Below, piece by piece: positions 49,058 through 60,896 of a stretch of DNA of 64,000 bases; within the stretch, counting starts at the first letter, position 1, and each line of letters begins with the position of its first letter. Under the pieces are notes generated by a model, which saw nothing but the letters and a program-made list of their open reading frames with translations, was not told the origin of the DNA and searched no databases. The DNA is taken from assembly GCF_025526975.1 (NCBI RefSeq), contig NW_026515670.1, positions 1,116,001 through 1,180,000 of the forward strand. The letters run 5' to 3'. The DNA comes from Fimicolochytrium jonesii (lineage: Eukaryota). The position numbers and the translations under genes were made by a program.

Positions 49058-51205
49058 TCAAGGCCTATCGAGCATCATGAGCGCCGCTTCTTTGTGCGGT
49101 AATTGTATGTTCCCTCGGAAGGAAAAGCCGTGGTTCCCCAGATACCCAACCATCTTGGCATTGTCCGCCCTCGGCTCCAACACGATTCGCTGCGTCGACG
49201 CGCAATCGCTCCATATAAAATCCATCAGGCCCGTCAACCACACGGCTACTCTGTGAGGACCCCGAAAGTCTTCTTCACCCACCAACACGTGCATGCCGCG
49301 GTCGTAAGCGTGGGCGGTGTAGTATCCAGCAAGAAGATCTTTTGCGGCCCAGTAGATCTCAAAGTACGCGAAAGGGGTATCATCGAACATGCCGATGCAC
49401 GGTATGGAGTGAGGAGAAGCGAGGATCTTCGATACGTATGCCGTTTGATGGGCTTCGGTGCCTTCCTCTTGCCAGTACTTGTGAACTCGGGGGTTGCTGT
49501 GCCATCTTGCCAGCATGGTGGCATCGCCAATGGGGTCTGCCACGCGAAAGGAGAATGTCTCGTTGAGCTCGGGTATGAACCGAGAGAACAGGATCGTTGC
49601 TGGTGCGGGTTTTGTAGGGTACTCGACATGCTCTTTCTCGCCATCTCGAGAAGGCTTGCCGGACACTGGGGACGCCGGCGGAGTCAGGTTGGGTGTGAGG
49701 TGCGAGGTCGGCATTGCGTTGGGCGTTGATTGAAGTTTCATCCCTTTAAGGTGTGCTTTGATCGATTCCACTACTTCACCGCCACGAACGCCTAGGACCG
49801 AAAGCAGTGTGTCCGACAGGCCGTGTGTGTGCTCGCAGCATCCTTGAAGGTAGATCGCGGGCTGGAACCGAGATGGGTCAATCACTTGCGCCTTGTAATC
49901 GCGTCCCACCAATAAGTGGGACGTGGCCGGATCTCTCCGCAAGTACGCCATGAGAGGCGCCAGCATAGTCTCATGAGCCGACCGCTCGTAACCTGTGGCC
50001 AAGAACACGGCATTCAGCGTAAGGCTCTCGTAGATGGACGCAGCACCACGTCCGCGAATCAAATGGAGTATCACGCCTCCATTTGGTGCTTGTTCCATGG
50101 CGACCACATTGCGACCAGGAAGAAGCGTGCACTTGCGCTTGCCCGCGTGGGTCGGCAAGCCTTGCTGGTATAGCATTCCGTAAATTGAATCGATGAGGTT
50201 GGAGTTCACTACCGAGTAATTCGTGGCACCGTTGCGAGTGCGATGCGTCTGGCGATCCTGAGCGCTCATTTGGTAGAACTCGTCTCGGTATTCAGGATTG
50301 AAGACCTCGTTGACAAAAGGCGATGCATCAGAGGGACGCAGTGCCGTGTCGCGGAAGATCAGCTTGATTGTTGCGTTAGGGTAACGGTCGCTCAGATCCT
50401 AGGTCGGAAGGTTGATGGTTGCGCCCGAGTGCGTGACAAACATTGAAACAGTTCTCACCATAAAAAGCTCTGCCCCAGACTGCCCTTGACCGATGACAGC
50501 AATGGTGTACGGCGCATCTCGGTCAGGAAGCATACTCTGCACACGGTGGATATATTGCGACGAGTGCGCTACCGCCGGACAGTCACGCGACGAGGTGTTG
50601 TTACTGGCTGCTGCAAAGTACATGCGTGCGAATTCGGGATACTTCGGTTGCCCGCCGACGGCCATAACCAGCGACTTTGTCTCACGAACCGATCGCAAAC
50701 CGGTGCTGGTGTTTTCCGACTCGACGCGAACACGCGAGACGACCCCGGACTTGTCGCACACGACCGGTTCGATTGAAAGAACCCGTTCGCCGTAGGTGCA
50801 GCTGTTATCGAACTTGGCGGCGACCCATGACAGGTAGTCGTTGAACTCTTCGCGATACGGGGTCCACGATCCAAGATTCATGAACGGGACGAGGCGGTCG
50901 TTCTCGTGGAGGTATTTGACGAACGAGAAGCGGCTGGAAGGGTTGCGCAGCGTAACGAGATCTTTGAGGAATGATATCTGCATCTTGGAGCCGTCGAGGA
51001 GCATGCCTCCGTGCCAGCAGAACGATGCTTGCTTTTCAAGGAACTCGACCTTCATGCGGTCAGCTGAAGAAGTGGTGTTGAGGTCTGCCGTGCTGATGAG
51101 CCCCTCATCTGCCATGGCTGTGGCGATGGATAGTCCCGCCGGGCCGAACCCGACGCAGAGGACATCACTGCAGTCGGTTTCTTGGGTCGAGGCTATGGAC
51201 GACAT
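49058..51205 (-). CDS. sidA: L-ornithine N5-monooxygenase (SidA/IucD family) fused to C-terminal N5-hydroxyornithine acyltransferase (IucB/AlcB-type GNAT); about 695 aa, one intron 50399-50458
   Basis: FAD motif CVGFGPAG, WHGGML, MQISFLKDL, NADPH motif GQGQSG, NYSVV, FLATGY, THGLSDTLLS; no stop before acyltransferase motifs WHSNPRV, YFEIYWAAKD, DRGMHVLVGE, EPRADN, LPHKEA. Confidence 0.92.
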
Positions 51206-53363
51206 GGGTATATCTGTCGGTGATTTGTGGGTGTTCTGAGGTGATGAGACGGCCGCTGAGCTTTCGGTTGAAGTGGGGGCAGTGAGAGTCCTCTGTACAG
51301 CTAAAATGCCCTCGAATCGATGAATAGGGACGGCGATGCTTATCCCCGTGTCATATACATATGGAAGAGGTCTACCATTATGCTCTCTGGAGGAACCGTT
51401 TGGGGAATGGATTGCGCAGATTGAAGGATGTGTACTACTTTCAGACGAATGCCTGCATCTCCGACATGCGCTGCGCTGTTCCGCACTCACTCCTCGATCC
51501 CGCCGCCGCCAAATGTTCACAAGACGCTTGCGGTCATCCCGTCCCGTCCGTGTCTTCCCTGGTATCCCAGGGATATGCTTTCCGCAGGTATGCCATCGTT
51601 AACGGACGATGTTGGCGAGGGAACAACCTTAAGCCCACATGGCCCCCGTCGCACCCATTCCGTCTTGCTCAATTTGCAACCAAACGGAACACAGCGCAGG
51701 CATGTGCCCCGCGGGCCTTTGATGCCGGGGATGGATCATCTTTCACGATGAGACGCTGCCATTATCCATATCCATGAAAATCTCGGAATGCGTCTGCGAA
51801 TAGCCAGAGTCGATGCATCTGGCGGCAGGTTTGAACAGCGGCACCACTGGCAGTACGTCATTTTGGTCATGATGTGAATGCATGGTGAGTTGAATTTGAG
51901 GGTCGGCTGGAGTCGACGCTTCCGAGACTCGGAAGCCAGACAAATTCGACGCGCGTCAGTTCGGGATGGAGCGCTACGCGTAGACTTAAGGACTTAATGA
52001 CCCGCGCATGTTCGTGCCGAGCCTCAATCGGCTTGCCAAAAACCTTATTTACCACTCGGGAGTCGGGTATGACTTTGATGTCTCAGCTGAGGGCCGACTC
52101 GGCTGGACGTCGCCGGGTTCCCGCTCGCACTGGTCGCAGCCCTCCTGAATGGCATCGTTTTGAGCATCCGTTTTGGGCTCCCAAATTTGCCCATGCGGTA
52201 AGGCAAAACGTGTCTGCAGCAACTATCCTCCACGTCCATTTTCCAGCAGCGCTTGTCCTTTGGCAAATCCGTCGTACGGGGAGAAATACCTTGCCTCGGT
52301 GTTTGAAAAAAGCATGTCTGGAATGTAGAGCCATGTTCTATCTCGATCTAGCATGGATGAGAAGAAATGGTCGACTATGATTCGGAATAAAACTATTATG
52401 CAGCCCACCCCGACTTATGGCACTGTTAGATGGCCGCATGAAACTCAACGTATGGTAGTAATGTATTGTCGAATGAGATCCAACAAGTGCCCGCGTCTCC
52501 TGCGTAGCAATGACCAAGGCGGCGCCGCCATATTAGTGCATTTAGATGCAAAGCACACCCACTCCCAAGCATCGTATCATTTGTGGTAGCTCTCTGTCCA
52601 ACTGTTATCAAGGACGTAAGCACTTGCAGCTGATGAAACAGGAGTACGAAGAAGCAAAGAAGTCATTGGAACTAATGAAACCTGAGGAGCAGTGGAATCA
52701 GTGTTCTGTGCAAGGGCCTTGTATCGACAAGGCGCCTCTCACCACCAACTGGAGAGCGATTCGACGAACACATGGCGCGTAAGTAGAGGAGAATGAGCCG
52801 ACATATGGTATGACCCACCCACTGCCATGAAATGAGCACGTCTTTTCCTGTCATAAGATAGCTCAATACCTACATCACCGTTGTGGCCAGCCTGAGTCCT
52901 TGGTTCAAAAGGGATGCAGCCTCATTTTGTTCCGGAACCTGGCCAACGTTCTTGGCGAGGCACGCGAAAGGCGGATAGGCCCTTTTCTTCTAAGACCGTC
53001 CCCATTGCACAGAAGCGAATCGACGGTAGTCAGTCTCTTACCCACCACAAGTCAAGATAAGGATGGGTGGAGTTTTCGCTCATTAAAATTAGCCACATAT
53101 ATGAGTCCAAACCATGGTGGATTGGTGGATTGGCCGAACTCTTCCTCATGCAGCTGTCCTCGGACCGCTGTCTGCCTCTGCTTCTGCGGTCCGAAAATGA
53201 CGGGCGCGACAGCTGTCGAAAAACACGTCATTCGCGCCCTCAAACACCGCCGGCTCACACCTGCGTTCCTTCGGTCCTCACTTTGCATAAAGACCACAGA
53301 GGTGACGCCAGCACAACAGAACCCCTGCATAGTACTCCCAGCAACTTGTTAGGACGCAGCACC

Positions 53364-55199
53364 ATGTCGTTAGGACAGTGTTTCCCACCGGCGCCGCGCT
53401 TCGTCCGTCGGACTTGTAGTGCGGACCTCTCCCGTCGCAGTTTCGGCAGCGACTTCGAACCACGCCGGTCGGTAGACTCGGGTCCCGTTTACGTGCAGCC
53501 AAGATCCAGCACCGACCTTGGAAGGCGTCCGCACGCTCGCCCAAGGCGTGCACAGTCCTCCCAACCCATTGTCTGGTCGGTAAGCGCCACTCCGCTGCCT
53601 TCACCGCCGCTGTCGAATAATCATTCGCTGGACGTCCCGCCCACCTACGTAAGTTTGCCAGCGCTCTGCTTCATCCCAGACATCTTGGACGTCAATCTAA
53701 ATTGATAACCTTCGCCCTTTTTACTGACAGGACGTCGCCATGTCCGACAGCGACGGCTCGTCAATGCGGAGTAGCTCTGAGGTCTCTGTTCGAGCTGCTC
53801 CGATGCCCGACCTGCCGGTGCCTTCAACGTTGCCTCAGAGCCCTGATGTTCCGCCGCCGGCGTACCCTCGCACCTCACGGCCGTCGACTTCGGCAGGACA
53901 AAGAGCCTTCAATTCTCCTCCGGACGCCACATGCCTTGTACGTATCCCTGGCGCTGGGGACTTCTTCATCCACCGCGACTATGTGTCTCCCTACAGCACC
54001 ACATTGCGCGATCTTCTAGACCCCCTATATCGCCCGACGCAGCGCACCCTCCGCATTCGTGCAGGGCCTGAAGTCGTCTACTGGGTTCGCGAAGGCGAAT
54101 ACACCGCGTTATCGCCTCCCCGTATGTCGGCGAACTCGCCCAGGACGGCAGCTGGATTTTCGACCGAGCCCGGGACGGCTTTGAAGCGACACAGATCCTT
54201 CTCCGACTTGTTCACCTCTGCCTCCCGTTGGTCTCAATCCCTTCTGTCTCGCCGGTCGTCTACGGCTTCCATACCCGCGGCCGACGAAACTGCTCGCATC
54301 GAGCAGATCATTGGCGGTCCTGCAACCGCTAATTCCTTTGACACGTATACGACTAAATCCGCATTCTGGGCTCATGTAAAACTGCACAAGTCTACCCACA
54401 GTGGTCGTCGCAACTCGCTCTCGCCCAGTAGGCTCAGGAAAGCGGTGCCGCGGCCGATCCTTTACATCGATATTCCTTGTGCTGCTGTGTTTGGCCCGCT
54501 GCTGCATTGGTTGTATACCGGCAGTCAGAGGGACTTGATTGATGCTTTGACGGCCGGTGGGGCTGAGAGCGCTTTCTTTGACTTTCTGAAATGCATTGAA
54601 CAGCTTGGGATCGTGGATGAGGTATACGAGGCGATTGGGGAGTATCTTATCAAGGTATGTTGCGCCCAAAAATCTCCACGGGGGGGATGGCACTGCAAGC
54701 TTGATGTACTCGTCGAGCCTCGACTTTGAACATTCAGCTCATGAACTCCTCCGTACAGAACCCGCATCTGACAGTAACCCACGAGTTCTGCAAAAGGAAC
54801 GTGCCGTTCCAATTACTCCGAACTTTTTTCGCTCGTTGCGATTGGGGCAATACCGATAAGCTCGCGGTTCTGTTGTGGTGGTCGCGCTTTGAGGAAGAAG
54901 AAAACGACTACTTCTTACCCACTTCGTCACCATCTCTCGCCGATGCCATGGCTACCCCGACGCCGTCCATGCGAGCGCTCCTCCGCAACGCATCCGCCTT
55001 CCTGACGAGGCCTGCGACAGCGGATCCCGAGATGGAATTACTCGCGCTATACGTTGATTTGATGGAAGTGCCGGATGTGCATATCGAGGAGTTGAGGAGG
55101 ATGTTGCCACTGGCGTACGATCGAGTAGTTGGGGGCGGCGGGAGGCGGGCGATGTCTCCTACTCGCCATCCGAGAGGCGGCGTAGATGGTTCAACATAG
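53364..55199 (+). CDS. Hypothetical protein with split BTB/POZ-like domain (3 exons)
   Basis: DATCLV...FFIHRDYVSPYSTTLRDLL and IPCAAVFGPLLHWLYTG resemble BTB halves separated by an insertion; GT-AG introns near 53649 and 54655. Confidence 0.55.
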
Positions 55200-55453
55200 T
55201 AGACATTAGACGTTAGAAGGCATGGTGTGGCTCCCCTCTGATATTATCCTCTATAATACGCGCCGGTGAAAGCGGCACCGAGTATCCCATGCGCTGGCGC
55301 CTGGGAATCCTGACAGATGTTCTAGTAGATTCATTCTTTTTTCTCTTCTGTAAAGCGTTTCGCATTTCATTTTCGATATATTAGGTGGCATCTACACGTT
55401 CCAATAATAAGTTAAATCGACCAGTAGTTACGCCCTTGAAAGTGCTAGGATAT

Positions 55454-57150
55454 CTAGGAGACAAGAAACTTGAAATTCTGGTAGAAGGTCAACATTGGAT
55501 TTTCTCCAGACTTTGTCCTCGTTTCGCTGAGGTTCGCATTCCGTTCCAGGAACTCTTGCTGTGTCATAACTGTCGCAGGGGTACTACGTCGACCCTCTCC
55601 CCCAACGACCTTGTTGTACATATCCCTCATCAATTCAAAATTCGTGGGAAAGAAGATGTCGAACCATCCCGGTTGCACAAGGTACGTAGAGCACGGAATC
55701 ATCATGCCTTGATACCTAGTTTGCACGACCGGTGCATCGATGCCCGGAACAGCGTCCGGGAGAGAATCGAAGTCTGAGAGGATAAGACGATGTTTCGGAA
55801 ATCGGGCGTGAAGCTGGTCAAATAGTCTCAGACACATTGTAGGAAGGAATTCCGGCTCTGTGAGATTTGGTGCAAACGGAAGAATGGAGCGGAGGTTGCG
55901 GCGCCATGGATGGGATATGAGGGGCGATCGGTACCCGAGGCTTGCCCGCAACTCTAAGTACCGTTGAATGGTAGGGTCATTGAGAGGTTCATAGGCTTCC
56001 TGGTAATCCCCGTCCTCGTCGATCAGAACGACACCCTGTAGAGGTGCCCCTGTCGCATAGTCGTACCGCACCATGTCGTGGGCAAAATTATCCTGTGTGG
56101 GAAGCTTCTGTCAGAATACGCCCGGGGGAACGAGGAGCCATACCACCTCTACTCACAATGACCTCCATTGCGATAATGAAGCATGAGTCCGGAACTTGTT
56201 CGTCCCACGTAAAGATCGACTTGTTGATGATTTCCACGCAGTTGTGCCTCCGTGTCACGTCCCTTACGTCCTGCCTTTCTGATTGTCTTTCTGCCAGTTT
56301 CGAGCTGATTTCGATGATCCGGTACCTCGTCCGCTCATACAGTTCTGGTTCATACATTTGGATATAATCCAAGATGTTGACCATCAGCGTTCCATTTCCG
56401 GCCCCGACCTCATAGATAATCAAATCTTTTATCCCTCCATCATCTCGCTTGAACTCTGAGACTATGTGCTTCGCTACAGCGTATCCATACCATGGCTGAG
56501 GTGAAGATTAGCATAAACCGTCTACAGGAGTTTGACGAGCTGCAGTCACATACCTTGAATAATTCAGTTGGCGTATGCCAAACCTGCCTGGCAATATCAT
56601 TCGCTTCGTTGAAATCACCCTCCACTTCCCTATACAGCGCCGACAAGTGGTTCATAAACTCATAGCTGTCGCGGATATCCTTAAATCGGATATTCTCGGC
56701 GGGACTGAAAATGAAGGCCTTTTTGGAAAAGTAGCCATAGGATGGGTTGTACAGCGAATCGTCGATGAAGTCCCGCACAAGCATGCGTGCGCAAGAGGGC
56801 GGGTTCGTAGAGGCAGCGGCGTCGATGGCAGTCAAGCGCCGATATGATTCAACTGGAACAGGTTCGTGTTTCGGAGCTCGTCGTTTGTCCATTGCATCCC
56901 TGTTGGCGAGTACTTCCAGTTTAGCGAACCCACAAATACGCAGGATGCGATACAATACAAGTCAAATGACAAAGTAACCCTCTCAAACGCACCAGTAGTT
57001 CGTACGCTGGCAAACGCCAGCGTGGAAGCTCCGCCGTGCACTTGGCCCACAGTTGTTGAAGGTAGAAGGTGCTACTGGCTTTCTCAGGCACTTAATATCT
57101 CTTGGCCGCCGGTGGCAGACGGCGGCGGCACTCCTCCTTGCCGCGTTCAT
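55454..57150 (-). CDS. SAM-dependent methyltransferase, NDUFAF7/MidA family, probably mitochondrial
   Basis: RDFIDDSLYNPSYGYFSK, WHTPTELFK, IYEVGAGNGTLM, DNFAHD, ILSDF, FDIFFPTNF; Arg-rich first exon MNAARRSAAAVCHRRPR at 57150 resembles a targeting peptide. Confidence 0.85.
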
Positions 57151-57635
57151 GGTCCCGCTTCTGTTGTTCCTACTGAAGCCGGTTTGGAGTGCTTTGGTTT
57201 GTTGCTATTGGCAGCGAGTTCGAATAAAATCTGGCCGGCGAGCATTGGGCGAACATCCGTCGCGTTGAAGAGGTCGAAGACACTTGGAGATGTCAGCAAT
57301 GTCGAGCTGCAAACAACGATTCTTGAGAGTCTTCAGGCGTACTGCTATCTTCCAGGAATCATCAGTTGACACATCCAAGGAGGGTCTATCGGTCAAAAGC
57401 TTCAAAAGGCTAGGGCCGAGTTGAGTCATCGAGCAACTGGTAGAACATCTCTCCTCCGGGAGTCCGGGGGAAAAGTGGTGAAAACGGCTCGTCGGTTGGC
57501 CGAGCAAACCGCTCATAAAGCCTACAGCAAGGATACCCTCGATACAGTCATTACGAAATACAGCTTGCAAAGGAAAACGGGGGGAGGGTATAGGATAGGG
57601 CGTAGTAAGAAAGGGAACCGCCCCTGGGCTTTCCT

Positions 57636-58623
57636 ATGAAAGCCTATCGCCCAGACGACCAACGCTACGTGTACGAGTCTGCGTACCAGCAGCGCAAAGG
57701 CTCTCGGTTAGAAAGCGGGACAACGAAGCAGGCGGCGAGCGCTCTATCGTCGCATAACAGCGATGTTGGACCGCCCAGGAAAGATACGAGCGGAGGTGGT
57801 TCGTCGAGACCGCGGTTTCCGGCCTTGGTGGCCGCGGCATCGCTCATCGCACATGTACCGACCGGGTCGAATGTGAGTTTCGTTGTTCCTATGCATGTTC
57901 ACATGCGATGTCTGTGTGGATTGTCGTTTTCGGGACTCAAGAGCGTCCCCTGTCATCAACAGAACCGATATAGTCCCACCACTAATGCAACGAACCCGTC
58001 GGTACCTGCCCCGACCTTTTCTTCCACAACAAGAACAACAACAACATCTAAGGCAACAGTCCAGGGCACCGCAGCAACGAGTTCATTAGTAAGCCCATCG
58101 CACTCCCATCCGTCCACATCCGCTTTCCCTCCCACCGTTCAATACTTTGATACCGCTCCAAACGCACCCGACATCACTAGCATGACCCCCGCCCACTTCC
58201 TTCACTCCTCCCTACCACCAGCCCGCCTCCCACCTCTCCTCCGTCCTCTTCCACCTTCAACTTCATCTCCACTGGAGCTCCGACCGCACTCCTTACCTGC
58301 CGCACATCCAGCCGCTCCATCATATGGTTTCTCGGCGCCGGCGCCACTGCCTGCGATCTCGCCCAATCATCGGCGGCGCTCTACTGATATGGCTTACAGC
58401 AGATCGAGTGAGATAGGGATCGGTGCAAGTAATGGGTCGATAAGCGCAGATGAGGGACGGCAGGACAACAAGTCGAGAGTGCGACGGCTTTTTGAAAGTG
58501 AACGGAAGGGAAGACGGAGGGGATTCTTGGTATGTGTACGTTGCTGTACTGCTGATGTGATCTAGAATCGCGGCTATATGGCTGACCCGTGCACTTCCTG
58601 TAGGACCCGTTCGGATTGACCTG
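57636..58623 (+). CDS. Hypothetical low-complexity Ser/Thr/Pro-rich protein
   Basis: 309-codon ORF with plausible introns (GTATGT near 58529, GCTGAC branch point and TGTAG acceptor); no recognisable domain. Confidence 0.35.
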
Positions 58624-59095
58624 AACCAGTCACATGTTCCGGAACCGGTTTCCGCTCGCACGGACTAGATTAGATTAGCTTCCACGACCCAGTTATCATG
58701 GGGCGAATGTGAACATCTAGATGGGTTAGTTGGGGATATGCGTGCGAGACTACTCTGGGGCGGAGTGCTCGGCAATGTCAAATGATGTGCTATATGAGGT
58801 TTGTGCATGACTTTGAAGAATGTTAAAATCCGACCCTGCCCGCCCATCTGACGGATTTTTCCAGTTCGAGCTGACTCGATAGTCTCGCCATCCAACGACA
58901 GGGCAGCGGGAAGATGGACGGACGCAACATATGCCACCCTTGTATATATGTGCGCTGCTAAAGTAGACTTTGTGTGCAAGACACAAGGAATGCAGCCGGT
59001 AATCTATTCTTGAAAGTCCGCGTGTGCAATGGGACCTTATATTCTACGGGTATACATTACATTCTTTGGGTATGTGTGTCGCAAGCTATGTAAAT

Positions 59096-59909
59096 CTACA
59101 ATTTGCTTGATACGGCTATCCCGCCCTTTCCCTTTGCTCGAACTTTACCTCTTATAAAAAGAGGATCTGTCCTTCTAAGCATCAAAAAGGCCGCAGTTTT
59201 GTGTGGAAGTCTCACAGCGCGAACAAAGGAAACGCCTGCGGTGCAGAGCAGACCGATGAGCTTGCCATGCGTCAAGGAGGGCTCCATAACTAGGCGCTGC
59301 GTTTCGCAACAGTCGGAGAAGATAAACTCAGGTATGGCCTCGATCCAAGCCTGCACGCGGTCCACACCTCGATACTTTGTTTCGCCCACGAGAAGATGGA
59401 CCCCTCGATCGTACGGCTCGGCGGGATAGTATCTACCAAACAGATCATAGGCCGCCCAGTACACTTCGAGGTACATGAATGGTACGCCATCGAACGCGGC
59501 GATGCAGGGAATGCTGTGCTTGGAGGATAGGACCTTGTTCAGGTACTGGCGATGATGGTTTTCATCCCCTCCTTCTTTCCAAAATTCGCTGTTTTCAGAT
59601 GGGTCGAATCAGCGCTCCACCGGCGGAAGGGATATCTCGATACACACGCTACTCTAAAGCATACCTCACGCGAGGATCGGAGTGCCACCTAGTCAACATG
59701 GGGATGTCGGTCGACGGATCAGCGACTCTGATCGTAAAGGTCTCATTGAGTCCCGGCATGAACTTGGTGAATATGAGCGTTCCTGGCGCGGGCTTTGGTG
59801 GGATGGGATGAAGACACGTCTGGGATGAAGCAGAGGCTGGCTCTGCATCGGTGGACACCGACGTGGGGAGTCGCTTCTCACCGATGTTGTGAGCCTGATG
59901 TTGCTGCAT
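59096..59909 (-). CDS. Stand-alone N5-hydroxyornithine acyltransferase (IucB/AlcB-type GNAT; SidF/SidL/Sib3-like catalytic domain), intron 59589-59664
   Basis: Spliced product about 245 aa: WHSDPRVSEFW, YLEVYWAAYD, DRGVHLLVGE, MEP, LPHKTA; collinear with the C-terminal domain of the 49058-51205 fusion. An extra upstream exon is possible. Confidence 0.88.
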
Positions 59910-60896
59910 GTTGTGAAATGGGCTCTACAATAGGATTTGGCGGTGAATGACGCGATATGCAAAGGTGAAGGTGATTTGGCGGTGATATGGGCTCTGTCGC
60001 AGGGCTTGGGATGAAGGTTGGTCGACCGACGAGCGACGACTGATGCGACATGACTTTTCAAGCTTCTCTGACATCAACGACAGTTTCAATGGGGGATTGA
60101 CTTCCGACCTCCTCTGACCAGAAAGAATGCATGGGGTGGGAAGACTCGTTCCGGCTGCGGCCCCTGCATGCGTAGTGGTACGGTCTGGTGTCGGAGGCTC
60201 ACCCGCGTCAACCGAAAAGAACGAAGCGCGACGCGTCCGTATCAAATACGGGAGGTTTGGGCAGCTGATGACCAGGATCATCCCGTCGAGAAAATAACAG
60301 TATGTACAGAAAGTCAAGTCCCAGTGCTTCCGGAATTTAAGGTTTTTTTTGCGTCGTTGAGATCCGGCGGTGTCCCCCCCGGGTGCTGCGCGCGGGCTTT
60401 TGGAAATAAATAATTTCCCCGTTGGTGCTGCGCAGTGGGCATCCCGCATGGAACTCGGACAAGCCTCCAAGTCGGATGGGAGTTGGATCTGGACGGCCCC
60501 AGTCTTCCGCACTTTTGTTCGTTCTGCAAACCGCCAGCGGCCACAGACTCCTCACAGATCCCGTTTCTTTGTCGGAACTCGTAAAGTCACGAGCGTGGGA
60601 CAGCCCCGCAACGGTTCCGAGAACCCAAGAATGGCCATCTTACGAGAACCGGGACAGCTGCTGCTGAGCGTCTCGCCCACTCCCAGGCGGCGCCCCTTCG
60701 CCGTACGAGAAGGTCGAGCGGGGCATACGATGCATATCTTACAAGAGCTTCTGATAGCGACCTAGAAAGCCTCTGTATTTTGCCATACTTTACCATCTTC
60801 AGCACGTTCTCTTGTTTTTTGAACAACATACACAATAGATATAGAGACGTTAAACGACGACAGTGCTATCACACATCATATCATAGTGTGTTCAAG

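Noticed and set aside
51206..51520. 105-aa N-terminal extension of the monooxygenase given by the ORF track
   Set aside because: No homology-like features; MSSIAS at 51205 lies just before the FAD motif and is the more plausible start.
52353..52782. Short plus-strand ORFs (MDEKKWSTM..., ...MKQEYEEAKKSLELMK...) as a hidden cluster gene
   Set aside because: No recognisable motif or convincing splice model; may be a relic but unsupported.
59910..60896. Iron-responsive GATA (SreA/Urbs1-type) sites in the acyltransferase/NRPS divergent promoter
   Set aside because: Only scattered GATA/TATC cores (e.g. ctgatag near 60752); no clear ATCWGATAA consensus and not distinguishable from chance.
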